The notes under the pieces were generated by a model, which made no database searches, was not told the DNA's origin, and was given only the letters and a program-made list of their open reading frames with translations. Shown here piece after piece: positions 50,319 to 63,301 of a stretch of DNA of 64,000 bases. Within the stretch, counting starts at the first letter, position 1. Every line of letters begins with the position of its first letter. The translations under genes and the position numbers were made by a program. Location: assembly GCA_051362555.1 (NCBI GenBank), contig CM120644.1:5898954-5962953 (forward strand). The letters are read 5' to 3'. This DNA comes from Lingula anatina. Lineage: Eukaryota; Animalia; Brachiopoda.

Positions 50319-50438
50319 CTAATCAAAGTCTTTATCCACAAGTTCATTACCTGAAATTGATCGAAACATGTTCATTAAAATTCATTACATCATTTTTCTT
50401 CTCTATCATTTTCAATCTAAAAAATTGCGTTCTTACAT

Positions 50439-50479
<41 letters not shown>

Positions 50480-50484
50480 TGTTG

Positions 50485-50537
<53 letters not shown>

Positions 50538-53500
50538 AAATACTGGAGCAAAGAATATCAGGGGAATAATAAAGCACTGGACTAAACTAAAAAAGCATAA
50601 CTGTGACTCTTCACGTAAGTTGGTACAAGTACTACAACGTACTATGTTAAAAAGCGGAAAATTATACTGACAGTCAATGGAAACGCATCATTAATTTATC
50701 AAATAATATTTTAAGTTCCTTTGGAACATTAGGTGGGGAATATGACCCATTATTCAGTCAAACAAGGTTACTCTCTTATGACCAAACAAGTGCATTTGTA
50801 CTCGTTTATATGGTTGGAATCGATTCTCGGTTAAAAAGTACAAGAAAGTTTTCTGATTCGTTTTCATTGACTGTCAGTATATATAGCGTCATCATCATCA
50901 TCATCATCATCGTTAGTCCTAATAAACAGACGCTGAGTTTCAAACAAACATAAATGCAAAAGGTTATGCGATTTATCGTTTACCACGGAGCTTTGTATAA
51001 ATCAAAGAGATATACAAATATAACTACCAGGGGTACAAGAAGTCATAAGAAAGTCCATCCCATGTAAAACATGAATGTAATACAGGTGGTCGGGCATCCT
51101 GAAAAGCTATAGGTACTAGTTTTATACCGGGCGGGCGTTCGCTTGGAGAATTCTGGTAAACTGTCTCCAAGCGGTTGCAAGCTCGGTGTAACAGGGGCTC
51201 GAAACTTAGGTATCATAGCAAAAGCACAAATCCAAATCACCCTCGCATTAAAAAGAGGCGAAAAAAAGACAAACTTACAATCTCCCTTGTAGCAACGCCT
51301 TCTCTCCCTAAGGTTTCCAGGGCAGTCAAGGGCCGACCCACCCACACAATGGCGCACTCGCCACGTGGTCCCCTCACCGCACGTGACGCTACACCTCCCC
51401 CAATGGCTCCACTCCGTCCACGAGCCGGGCCGCGACCGGTCACATATAGCTAAGCAATTACGGACCTGGCACGGGTAATGGTTATCTGGGATTCTATGAC
51501 CGTAGTGGTGAGGTACCAGATAACACGGGGGACACTCTACGGCACGAGAGCGCAGGTACCTTGTGCCTTGGTATTCGCATTGGTGAAACAAGCATCGGTT
51601 GGAACTGTCCCGCAGAAATTGCGGTATTAGCCGGTGAGGATCGCAAATCCCAACTGAAGTGATATTGCATTGATATACGCACATGTACAACTTAGAAAAT
51701 GTCCTGGACAACTTATCCTGTAAATTGGATATCTAAAAGATTTTACACGTACATGGATGGCTACTTTAGCAGGGATCATTTATTTGTTATTTAAGGACGC
51801 CCTCTCATATTTCAGATTTCATATTTCTGCCCTAGCGATTTTGATTAAAATTGTAAGACAAAATCTTCTTACAATATGAGTAAAAAATATGAAAAAAAAA
51901 TTGGGGGTCTCCACGCTCGTTTTCGAGAGGTGGCGTCCCGAAAAACGCTACGTTTATTACATTGCGTTATATGGGGATTTTGCCAAAATGCCCTTAATTT
52001 TGCTGAAAAATGCAAAAATAAAAAATTCTGCCCTAGCGATTTTAATTTTATGTGGATATGTTATAGACCTTGGTAGACCTCAAAGAAATTTACAAAAAAA
52101 TATGTACCACACCACGCTTGTTTTTGAGCCAGGGCTGCTTGAACATCGATTTTTTATCAAATTTACATAGGAATCAATGGAAATGTCCTAGCAAATTAAG
52201 ATAAATATATTTGTATCATTAGGTTTTTAACTCATACACTTATTATGTTTCCATGAAAATTATATTTATACTTCTCTGCATCAGTTAACCAAATTTCATT
52301 AAATTTGCATATCCCATTCATAATAAATAGATAATCAAATGTTGAAAGTATCAGTTGGATTTCAGTATGCCTCATGGAATGCCGCCATATTGGATTTTTC
52401 ATAGGCTAGGCAGATTGACCAAAAGCATATTATATCAATCTCATGTGACTTATTTTCTTATTCCTTTTTATTTTTATTTCTTTTGTTTCTTTATTTTTCT
52501 TACTCAGCACTAAAATATGCACTTTATGGTGAGATAACTGGATAAATTGTTTCATTTGTATATTAACAATGTATCAATTTCTTACTATGGTAAGTTAGTC
52601 ATATTTCTTCTCTATACAGTACATATTGAAGATGGTGACAAAAATATTCATCTACAGACATCTTTGATTATCAGTTTATTTCTGTTTCATATTATGTTTA
52701 CAACATGCAATCAAATACATATCAATAGCATATAAATATGCATATTAATTTTAAAATTTAAAAAATCATACAATTTTTTATTACTTTTATGCATTTTGTT
52801 ACTCGTGGTTTTTTTGTGTTTGGATTGATTTCACTGAGAAGAAAATAAAGACCATCTAGACTTTCTCTTTGAAGAGCAATTACTAATTCTGATATGTTAA
52901 CTCCGACACCTTTATCTTTTTTCCTACACATGGAGAAATTATTTTTTTACAAACAAGGTTTTCTACAGAATTTGGTAAAGGTTTCACACAGGATTGAGTC
53001 AGTTGACTGGGATAAAATAAAAAAATCAGAAAAAAAGGATTTTCTTCACTTTCATCATTGCAAAAATTAACTAAGTTTTGTAACTCAAGACTATCTTCTA
53101 ATGCATTATGGGCGGAATAATTTCTGTGAAGTAATAAATTTACAAACTAAAGTCGATCAGCTAGATCTCTTGTTTATGATTGGGTAAATTAGGATAAAGT
53201 TGGAATAAAGTACACTTTATCTTCTAAAATATACTGTTTATTTTCCTAGCATCAAAAAAGTATTACATGTATCTGCATAAAAACCCTTGGTCCTCTGTTG
53301 TGTGTTTTATGGTTTTGTCCATTTGCACTTTAACAAAACCATTACAAGAATGACGTCGCAGCACGCCAGGCGGGTGCACACCTGTTGCATCTTTCCTGGA
53401 GAGCTGAAAATCGCACTGTTTGCAGGTCATATTGTTCAACAACATACTTAAATCAACAACAAAACGCCATGCGTCTAATTATTTTAACTTATTGTGAAAG

Positions 53501-54245
53501 AAGAGAATTGTTTTCAGCATACAAATCATGGTAACTTGGCCCTGGGTGATCGGAAACCAATGCTGAAGAAGACAATGTCTTGTTGCACACATCGTAACCA
53601 TGTGACAAATCACCACAATACACTTTGTGGTCAAAATTCAAACCATTGTGACTACTTTCCGTGAGATAAGATCTTGTCACTGCTATACAAGCCTTACTAA
53701 AACGCTCTTTTCCATCCCGTCTTCACGTAATTTCTTACATTGCGGCATTTGTAAACAAAGTCGCAAGTGGGTACTTTACGTCGTAAAAGACCAAGCGTTC
53801 ACTGATACGCAACGCATTGTTGACATATTCGTAGCGATTCGACCAAAATAACATCAAATATTTCATACAGATTTCTTAAAAGGATGAATTTTGTATTTTA
53901 TTGCGTGTTATATTTTCATAATTAGCCGCTATCGCAAAAAAACTACTTATGCGCGAAATCTGCGCAGATCGCAAAAAATGCTAATATGAGAGGACCTCCT
54001 TAAAACAAGCATAACGGAGATATTTGAAGTTTCGTGAATCCTGAAGTATTGTTCACACGATTTAAATGAATAATCAATGATATGCTAATACCAATTAAAA
54101 GTGCCTCCCCCCCCCCAATTTTATTCGTACAACAGAAGTATACACAGGAACATTATACCATATGGAATTAAAATTACTCACCTGGTTCTCCTCTGACAAG
54201 TGCTAGTAATGCAATAAGGGAAAGTAAACAACGGCAAAATTCCAT
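50319..54245 (-). CDS. Secreted protein B: signal peptide + CBM14-like Cys domain + TSP1 + short tail (156 aa)
   Basis: Exon 54245-54182 (MEFCRCLLSLIALLALVRGEP), exon 51653-51279, exon 50350-50319 (CNELVDKDFD*, compare [11 protein letters not shown] in gene A), phases 1/1, total 471 nt. TSP1 reads WTEWSHWGRCSVTCGEGTTWRVRHC. TATAAAA on the minus strand near 54320. Confidence 0.8.
50441..50537. repeat. Compound microsatellite (AAT)n-(TGT)3-(TAT)n, self-complementary
   Basis: An AAT run is followed by its reverse complement, within intron 2 of gene B. Confidence 0.9.
51795..53999 (-). mobile_element. Kolobok-like DNA transposon (TTAA TSD), internally deleted, in intron 1 of gene B
   Basis: TTAA|GGACGCCCTCTCATATT...AATATGAGAGGACCTCC|TTAA. 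A minus-strand remnant at ~53270-53475 (RFVVDLSMLLNNMTCKQCDFQL...CNGFVKVQM) resembles the Cys-rich N-terminus of invertebrate Kolobok/'Mutator-like' transposases (recalled, not searched). Confidence 0.75.
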
Positions 54246-54606
54246 TGCTTTGGTATCAGGGATTTCTCTTCACCGTCGTCAATGAGTTATCTATTCTGGA
54301 CTTTAAAAAGTTACACTTTTTATATGGATAACGTAATGTGTCCGGTTGTTATAAACATTAGGCTACATTAATGTTTCTGGTATCAGTTTTTATGTACCTG
54401 GGATCAAATGAACAATGAACCATTTGTTTAATTAAAGCAATAAAATAATAAGGTCACGTTTCCGATTACATCTGAGCATATTAAGTGTAGACAATTTGTT
54501 ATTCTTCATCTTTACATTTGTAACCGTATTTATATTTTTTATCAATTTTTCTATTAATCAAATATATTTTTTGCATGGATTTTGCATGGATTTTGTACAA
54601 TACTGT

Positions 54607-54653
<47 letters not shown>

Positions 54654-55922
54654 ACCTACCGGTATATCATCTATCGGTCATCCACTTGTTTGCAAATAAC
54701 GCTCATTAGACTAAAACTGCGGGAGATCCATACCATACAAACAAAACCAACATCATTCCAATGAATTGTAGAGTTTATTTCTGTCCCATATAGAAAAAAA
54801 AACTGAGATAAGGGTGTCGAGAAAGATAAGTTAACCCCCCTTTTCCTGATTCCAAATTTCTCATCCCTTAATTCCCCCCATCCCCTGCCGTTCCCGATAA
54901 TTGGAAAGAAACTCAATTTTTGTGAAGAATCTTAATTTTTGTCCACAAACACTCTTTGTGCACATCCAACATGTGGGCTGCAATTTAAGAACATTATTCT
55001 GGTCTTGCTCATTTCCGAGTAGAACATATCTAGGTGATTGGGTACTTTGATCGCGTAGGGACAGGCGCGTGTGTCATTTCTGATTTCCGATTACGCACTA
55101 TACATTTTCCGCCCGAGTGGAGTCGAAAGGGTTGGTCGACTTCCACTAGATATATTTTGAATTCACGCACATGTATTTCCCTCACACATTTTTTTACCAG
55201 GGAATTTTATTAGTTTTACATGAATACATAAACTTGGAAAGGTCTGTGCCAGAATGCGTTGTTGCAAAGGATACCAAGAAGATGCGAAATTTAATGCATC
55301 GCAATTATACTCCACTAACATATAATAGGATATTATTCAGGTTTCAAAACCTAAATCCATAACATCAGTGCGCCTGTTCTTAGGGTTCCAGTTTTCTTAA
55401 AAGGCAAAAATGTATATATTATACTTATTGTTTTCCGTTTGTCATTCTGAATGCTACAGGACTAACGAGAAATGCAAGATCATACCCGCAGCAGAAACGA
55501 ATCTCAAGGTTTGTGCCAGTTGCATTTACAAAAGCACCTTCTAATGAGTAAAAACTATCATGCCTCTTTGCAGTTACTGGTAACACCATCACATCAATGG
55601 TTACCCGTGTGACAATTAACGCCTTTGCACACGGTTCCATACACGACATTGCAATTTGGGTGCTCACATTTATTACATATCTTTTAACCTGTAAACAAAC
55701 CGATGTAATGAAAGTGTGTTCGGTTTCTGAAAACATATTTGATAAAAATTGTTCTCGGTAACATCACACGTCGCGGGTATAAAAATTCTATGAGCATATC
55801 TATCGACTCTTCTACCATAATTAATTATTAAATATAAACCAGAACCACAATATGTCAAAGTAACATGTCAACATATTACATGTTAGCCTTTGAGTCCATG
55901 CTGTCTTGGTGAACATGTATGA

Positions 55923-58900
55923 CTACGATTTTGTCGTCCTCAGTGGACAAAGGTACCGCACCTCGTAATCAAAACAGTGGGACGCATGTACGTCTGGCAT
56001 AGACGTAGGGATCGCTACTGCCGCCAAAACCCCAGGTGGCGCCTGCAACACACCAGGCGGCGCTGCAGCAAAGATGGTTCTGTTCCCTTCTGGAATTATT
56101 TTTGTCGTTGTCGTAGGGCGAGTCGTATCGACAGCACGCGGAGTGGAAGGCGGCTTTGTCGGTTCTGTTGTGGGCAAAGATGGCAAGGGTGGCAACGCTT
56201 GGTCTTTGTGTAAACAGCCTATTCCGCGTGGGTTAACACAGGGGATAGTTAGATTTTGTTTACCCTCTGTCCATGGCATTGCGTCACCGGAAAGGGGATG
56301 CGCAAACCGGCACTCGATTTTCACTGGGACCAGATTCTCACCACAGGGAGGCTTGAAACATAAAAAGGTTCTCTATTTATAAATATTTAATATTTTAGTT
56401 TGATTACACGCACAAATTAGAATACCAAGCGTATGCTTTGAACGGTCTTGGCTTCCTGCAACACCCCTCCCCCCAAAAAAGTGACACTATAAAATTGGGG
56501 CTGGACGATTTCAAATTCAAAAACTAAAGGAAAAATTCAGCAGGAAGATCCCTTTTTCGAGATATCGAACCCGACATTATAGTAAGGTAATAATATTTTT
56601 ATGCAATTCACATAAGAATAACTGATGCAGTACTTGAAAATCTGTTTACTCACCGGTGATATATCTACCTCCCAGTCCCCTTCCCCAGTGGATGGCGAGT
56701 CGCTGTTGATCCAATCTGTCCACACAAAACCTAAATTGAATATATATATATTCAGTGAAACTTCCAGCAAAATGTTTTAGCTGAGTATGGTACATGTATA
56801 AGATATGCCTGATATATACAAACCATATACAGGTTCGCTGATGAAAAAGACTTAAAACAAGTATGTAAACGTTGAGAATTGTGTCAGTTGTTCAAATTAT
56901 ACCAAAGCCCAACACATGCTATTAAAATCTGCAAATAAAAGTATGATTGGTGTCTTGGACCTGTATATTCTACGTTAGGTGCCCTCAGTAGATATTCCTC
57001 AAAACAGATGAATCATATTGCCCCATATACATCAACACAAATCCTAAAGCCATCGGGTGATTTCGTAACTATCAGTCCGGCTGCAAGAGTTACATGTGCC
57101 CGGTATATGTATCACCTATAATTAACTGTGAATGCTGCACCTGCTTACCTTCACAGGGTGGCCCAGAACACTGCCTCTTCTCCACCTTGGACCCCTTACA
57201 CCGGTGCCAGCGCGTGCACTCCCGGGTCTTCCACTGGACCCCCTCCCCGCACGTGGTAGAGCACTCTCCCCACCCACCCCACCGCGTCCACTGGGCAGGG
57301 ATTCTACGACATGTCTTTTTCCCGGTACGTTCTGTACATGGGTTGCGCCTTTGGTATTAAGAAGGAGATTCAATATAATTCCACAATGTCTCAAAGGCAA
57401 AATGATTTAGTTGCAGTTAAATGTCATTTAAATAACATAAGTTAATTAGATATCAGTTTATATTTTTTTGTGATAATTTGAACTTAATTACATTGTACTT
57501 CAATTCAAATTCAGTAATCTGATAGACTTTAAAAAGCCATCTCCTCTCTAACAAATGTGCATTTATATGGAAAAATATTTAATTCTGTACGTATCTTAGC
57601 TACATGGTATGTTACTTTCTTGTTTAAATACCCATTACAACTTTTACCTGTTATCTACAGCAATTTTACTAGTACACGAAAGCCTACCTGCCTAATAACA
57701 GGTCCAGTTCAGGAATCCCCTCACCGTATCCGTCAGGAACCCTGGCCCCGGGCGGACAGCGCCGCATTGTGGGTCGAGTGAGACCGTACCAGTGGTTCGG
57801 ACACTGGTGGAATATACAAATGTCTCGGTCATCCTTCAGGAAACGTCGGCCAGCAACGCACGAACCAACTAAGTGTAATTGATACACAGTGAATGAAATT
57901 TAAACATAAAATTGACTCTTCGTGATTTTAGGATGCTCTTGTCAATCTGCCCAAGTGAAATAAAAGTACTTTATTTACATCTCCTATTTTTTTTTAAATC
58001 TTCATATCTGTCAGGTTTTTCAGGGAGAAAGAGATCATGGTCTGTCACCAGCAGACCCCTGCCAATAATTCAGACACTTTGAGACTGGAAAATTAATTCG
58101 AATTAAGTCAGTATCACCTACATTCCAGCTACTGTCAATGAAAACAATTCGTTTACAAAGATTTGTCCGAGGTACATGATGATTCTAGTTATAAAAGTTA
58201 TACTGTCCACTGTGGCTATGCAGTGTATCATGAAATTAATTGTCATTAAGTTGGTAACAGTTTGCAATAGTCTGACACGCAGTGTTCTACTGGGTTATTA
58301 AGTTCTCGGGAAAAATGCTTGTAATCTTTTAAAAGTACTCCTAAAGCCCTACGATGGCCGTCAAATATAGCCCTCCCCAAGCATTTTCAAGTCCCCTATC
58401 CTGTATCTGAAACTGCCCAAGACTTGTTGGGCAATCTATAAACATGTACATGTATATATATATTTTTTATTGTATTTATATATCTATATTTACCACTTAT
58501 TTATTTACGTATGAATATTAGAGAATGTTTTTTCTGTCATAATGCAAATTAAACATTTCCTCTCCTTTAAGTACTCTTAATAGAGTCATAGTTGATGTTG
58601 TGGTGATATCGAGCTCTACCGTGAATACCAAATGGGCAGTAAAATGTAGTTCATTTCGAACATTAAGTTTTACTTGGCAATTTGTTGCTTGAGTGCCTTA
58701 AATGCCTCCCACAGGAAGACTTCACGATATGAAGTCGGTGCTCACTGTTACCTGGGGTAATTCAGTAGTAGCTCACTAGAGTGCGACCGCTTTATTTCTT
58801 AAGTATTAGCCATTTATCTTGTAATTTCCGAAACTGGCCCAAGATCCTTGTTGAGAATGTTCGACTTTGTTTGAAACAAATATGTTTTCTTTTGTTTTTT

Positions 58901-59584
58901 TTTTTTCAGATCACATGTATCATGCACTAGCACTGAACATATGAAAATGTTTAAGACACGGACAATAAAGTATACTAAAATTCAGGATTATAACGTTATG
59001 CTTATGGAATGATATGTAGGAACGTGACTGCCTCTCATGAAACAATATCGAACAATTACTATTGATTGTGCAAAAGAAGTCTAAAAATTTTTTTTAAAAA
59101 TGAGATATATTACCAATCCCTACAACAAAAAACATGCCCCAAAGCCAGCAATTTCAGTTTAACCATGAAACCTTCGTGAACCTAGATCAATGTGTATCCA
59201 AAGCCGACCTTTTCTCGACAAAAAGAGCTGTCCCCCCCTCCCCGGGTACGGGCTTCATTCATGGGGACGATTTATCTGATCACTACGTAGATCAATCTAA
59301 CTCAGTGGAGAACCTCCCTGAACTCAATCAGATTAACAAGCCTCCTCCTGGCGTTGAGTAAAATAAGAAAAGTTGGTGATTATACAAGAGGAGGCGTGAT
59401 AATCTGTTAATCTGATTGCATTTATAATCAGTGAGAGTCCCGGATTCGCGGATTTGGATCGATCTTCGCAGAACAATAGTTTCAATGGAAATGAGCCCAT
59501 TGCTTGTGATTCAAACTTACCTGGTTCCGACACGACCATAGAAAATATCACCGGAGTCAGCAAAATGCCTCCAATCACGTACAT
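55923..59584 (-). CDS. Secreted protein C: signal peptide + CBM14-like Cys domain + TSP1 + WxxW/CysD-like domain with Pro/Thr insert (316 aa)
   Basis: Exon 59584-59521 (MYVIGGILLTPVIFSMVVSEP), then 57868-57688, 57348-57149 (AAG acceptor), 56730-56654 and 56351-55923; total 951 nt, open frame. TSP1 reads WTRWGGWGECSTTCGEGVQWKTREC. The WxxW domain reads WTDWINSDSP..GEGDWE...C...PVKIECR...C..PRGIGC..KDQ...CFDYEVRYLCP. Confidence 0.8.
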
Positions 59585-60593
59585 AGTTCGACTGTGGTAG
59601 ATATTTAATCCTAAGCCGCTATTTCCAATGTTTTCGAGCGCTTTTAGAATACCCCCACCTGTGGTCCGTGTTCCTCTAGATATCTGTATTGACCAGTTAT
59701 CCCCAATTTTCCGTCTGAGGACAGCTATTCGTTTTTATCCATAGTATTATATATTTACCTGGGCCAGCAAGGTCATTTACATTTTAAATGGCCTCAAAGT
59801 ACGCGTGGATACCACAGGTATGCGCTTAAATCTGTACGTGCCTTTAATTTCGCATTTGGTACCTTTGATTTTGTATTCACTCTTATTTTATTTTGTTGTG
59901 TTTGTTTAATGTTCATTTATAGTTTAATTAATTATAATTATAGTTTAATTAAGTACCTTAAGCAGTTCAGATACAGTGTGCTTACTCTAAGGCAGATATA
60001 CAGTTGGGGTGGGGAAGAGGGATTGGCATATCAAAGCTTACCAAGCACGCGCGAGAACACACACGAACGCCAGCGAGCGCACATACACATACACCAACAC
60101 ACACACACACGCGTATAAATACGTATAATATCTTGCAGCGCGAAACAATTTGATTTTGGTCACGTAATAGCAAATAAAAGTTTTCATTGCCGTAGGTTGA
60201 CAATTTCATTTTACCTAACACCACTAAAAAAAACTTAAATGAAGCCATTGACTTGGCCTGACACGGTATAAGGCATAACTTTGATATATCTTCATTGCCT
60301 CTCTCTTTCTCTCGGTTGGTTTTATCTCGGATCCTAATGTTGTGTAAAGGTAATTGCTCCCAATTCAGCTTCGTATATGTATAAGTGCAGACATTTCCCC
60401 TCAATTTAAGGTGCACCCTATCCAAATTCCCTGACAAAATCACAGAGTATGAACCCATTTACGCGTTCCAATTTTTACAGTCAGAAGTGTCATTCATTGC
60501 AACTCTCACTGTGGGGCATTTAACTTATATGGAATGAATTCATGCAGCAGCACTGTCATATGTCTTACAAGAAATCCCGCAGTGTACCTAACG

Positions 60594-61268
60594 CACCCTG
60601 AGCTTCAGAGATAACTTGCCACTAACCTCTTCACTATAGCCTATCTTCATCGTGTCAAGTTACCTCTGACCACATTCGATAGCCCCCGCCGCCCGCCAAT
60701 CAAATTTAAAGCCCGCAGTCAATGACTCATTGAACGATCTAGCCAATGAACGCGAACGAGTTAAAGCGCGCTTTGTTCAAATCCGGACCAATCAAAGATA
60801 AGGCTGAATATCAGGGACTTGCCGTAACCTGCGGGCAGCACGCAAAATACATCATTCCTCAGTAGATAATGATGCAGGGCCTCCAACTGCTCTGGTTTCA
60901 ATTCCGATATAGTCCCTACTCATATTTTGCAAAGAATCAAGAGATAACTTAACACATTATTTTACGTAGTTACTCGTAGGAGACGCCATGCTTTCTTTGT
61001 GTACGGTTATGCACTCGGAACTACTCGGATGTCTCCGCACTCGACAATAACTTTGTTGTTAGTATGGAGCTTGCGGAATCAGCCGAGGATTGCCGATTGA
61101 CGGTCAACCAATCAGCGTTTTCACCAAACTTTGGTGAAAATTTTGAAACATGGATTCGATTGGCTTATATAAACTAGGTCAAACTATTTTCGTCAGAGGT
61201 AACTTGACACGATGAAGATAGGCTATAGTGAAGAGGTTAGTGGCAAGTTATCTCTGAAGCTCAGGGTG
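60594..61268. mobile_element. 675-bp non-autonomous DNA transposon, 77-bp perfect TIR, 8-bp TSD (hAT/P-like)
   Basis: ACCTAACG|CACCCTGAGCTTCAGAGATAACTTGCCAC...GTGGCAAGTTATCTCTGAAGCTCAGGGTG|ACCTAACG. Confidence 0.92.
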
Positions 61269-63191
61269 ACCTAACGTCACTGCACACATGAACCTGATGA
61301 CACAAAACAATAAATTTGCACATTGAGTCCATATGGCATATGTGCCTACTTTTTCCTTTTTTTTGTATGTTTTTATTTTACTTTATTGATTTTAAATTCG
61401 GTTGTTGTTTTGTTTTTTTTTTTTTTACATTCAGTTCAGAAGAGAAATAATTCTAAATAAAAAAGAGATCAAAAATGCAGTTAGTGTGAGGGTAAAACAG
61501 GGGGCGCTCGTGTCATTATGTTGACATCGCTTTTCAAACAACGTTTTGTCACTCTCGCCCAGAAGTAACAAACGGTCTTTATGAAAAACGGTGGAAAAGG
61601 CAGACTAGAAGTGATTTACCTGGTAAGTTCTGTCACTACTTTTTTGCACTACCTTTATCTCATAAACCATTGCTTGGCCAGCGACTAAAATTAATTGGAC
61701 ATAAATAATAATTTATAATAATAAAATGATAATAAACTTGGGGTTTTGCTGTCTCTAAACTACTTTATCTAATAGTCAGTGGGAAATTATATTATTTTTT
61801 AAACTTTCAGAAATGGAAAGAAAATGGAAATAAAAAGGGAGTCTTTTCTCAATGTTCTTTACAGATGCATATATTTGTACCAAAGATTATGTAACTTAAT
61901 GATCAGGATTCATGCATTTCAAGCAAAGATTTGTAAGTCTTTAGCAATCGTAAGTCTTAAGCAATCGCTCCCGTCGCAACTAAAACAATCACTTAGCTGA
62001 GCCTCTGCCACATATCAACAAACTGTGAAATCGAGTAAAACAGAGAAACAAAAACGACAGAGAAACGTATATGCCTGAGATAGGAAAAATATTTCAAAAT
62101 ATAAAGAGTGGCTTTGAAACCCTCATCAAAGTTTCTTGATCACATGAATAACTGGCTGATAACGTGAAGTGAGGATGATCGGTGATGAAAGGTCAGTGGC
62201 TTTCCTCAAAGGTAATGAAAAAGTCATGATTTTGAAAATCAAGTTACTGTCTTTTTTATTAGCAATACATAAGATGCAACGAAAAGTACATTTCACCATA
62301 AATTATTAGTGTACATACATCTAGCATGTCATGGTTAAGAGGCAAATGTGGCAGTAGGATTACCCATCTGTACCAATAGGTCTGGGGTATCACTGGGGAG
62401 GCATTCTCTTGGATAACATAGTGTCTTTAAGATATGCCGCCACTGTAGCTTTACAATGGATTAAGAAAAATACATACCCGCAGACTGAAAAATCAAACGA
62501 CACTATATACCTGCATGCCTTAATTACATAGATCACCAGTCTGAAACAGATACACGTCTGTTATATATCAAAAGGAAATCCCTCGCCAAAGGATTAATTT
62601 CGCCTGCATGTTTGACTTAAAGCAAATATGAATATCACAAAGGCATGTAATTCTGAAATTGAATCTTCATAATGCCTCTTTTAGTTCGAAAGGTTAACGA
62701 AAGTATTTGGCCCTTGGCATTTACAGCACAGGGTCATGATTTTATTCTCTGGTGTGATGTATTTTGGGTTAACTGTTCCCTCAATTTGTTACTTTTTTCT
62801 GTATAATGATATGTAATTTGATCTTGAAAACCCCCACCACTTTAGCACGGGCGTGAATAGCATAGCAAATAGTATAGGTATGTCTGGCAATCTCAGTTTT
62901 TTTATCTAGTTTTGTAACTTGTTTTGTGTAACTTCTACTGTCAAATTATACGCCCATACATGGGAAAATCATTTTATTTAAAGGTTACTGTATGCATTTG
63001 TAAATTTTCCAAATGCATATTATCTATGTCTACATATTCTGCCAACCTATGAAGCTTTCCCAATACAGACCTTAAAACAACCCCCCCCCCCCAAAAAAAA
63101 AAGTACCTGACGTCGATACCTCCTTCTGAAATATACAGGTACATATAATAGACATGATGTTTTAATGAATGACTAGCCATTTAAAAGAAAA

Positions 63192-63301
63192 TCATAGGTT
63201 TAAAAAGTATCCACGCAGGGGCGGATTGAGGCCGTCTTCTGGGTCTTCCGGAAGTCGCATCGCCGCTATTGTTTTACAAGGAGTTAACTCCTTGGTTTTA
63301 C
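63192..63301 (-). CDS. Possible terminal exon of a gene extending beyond the window
   Basis: attag|GT AAA ACC ... CTA TGA gives (x)KTKELTPCKTIAAMRLPEDPEDGLNPPLRGYFLNL*. It is GC-richer than its flanks, and the phase-1 GT start is like the last exon of gene B. The acceptor is weak. Confidence 0.25.

Noticed and set aside
57094-57410. Listed ORFs 57094-57360, 57122-57400 and 57132-57410
   Set aside because: Wrong frame or strand. The real TSP1 exon is a different minus-strand frame (57348-57149) not shown in the ORF track.
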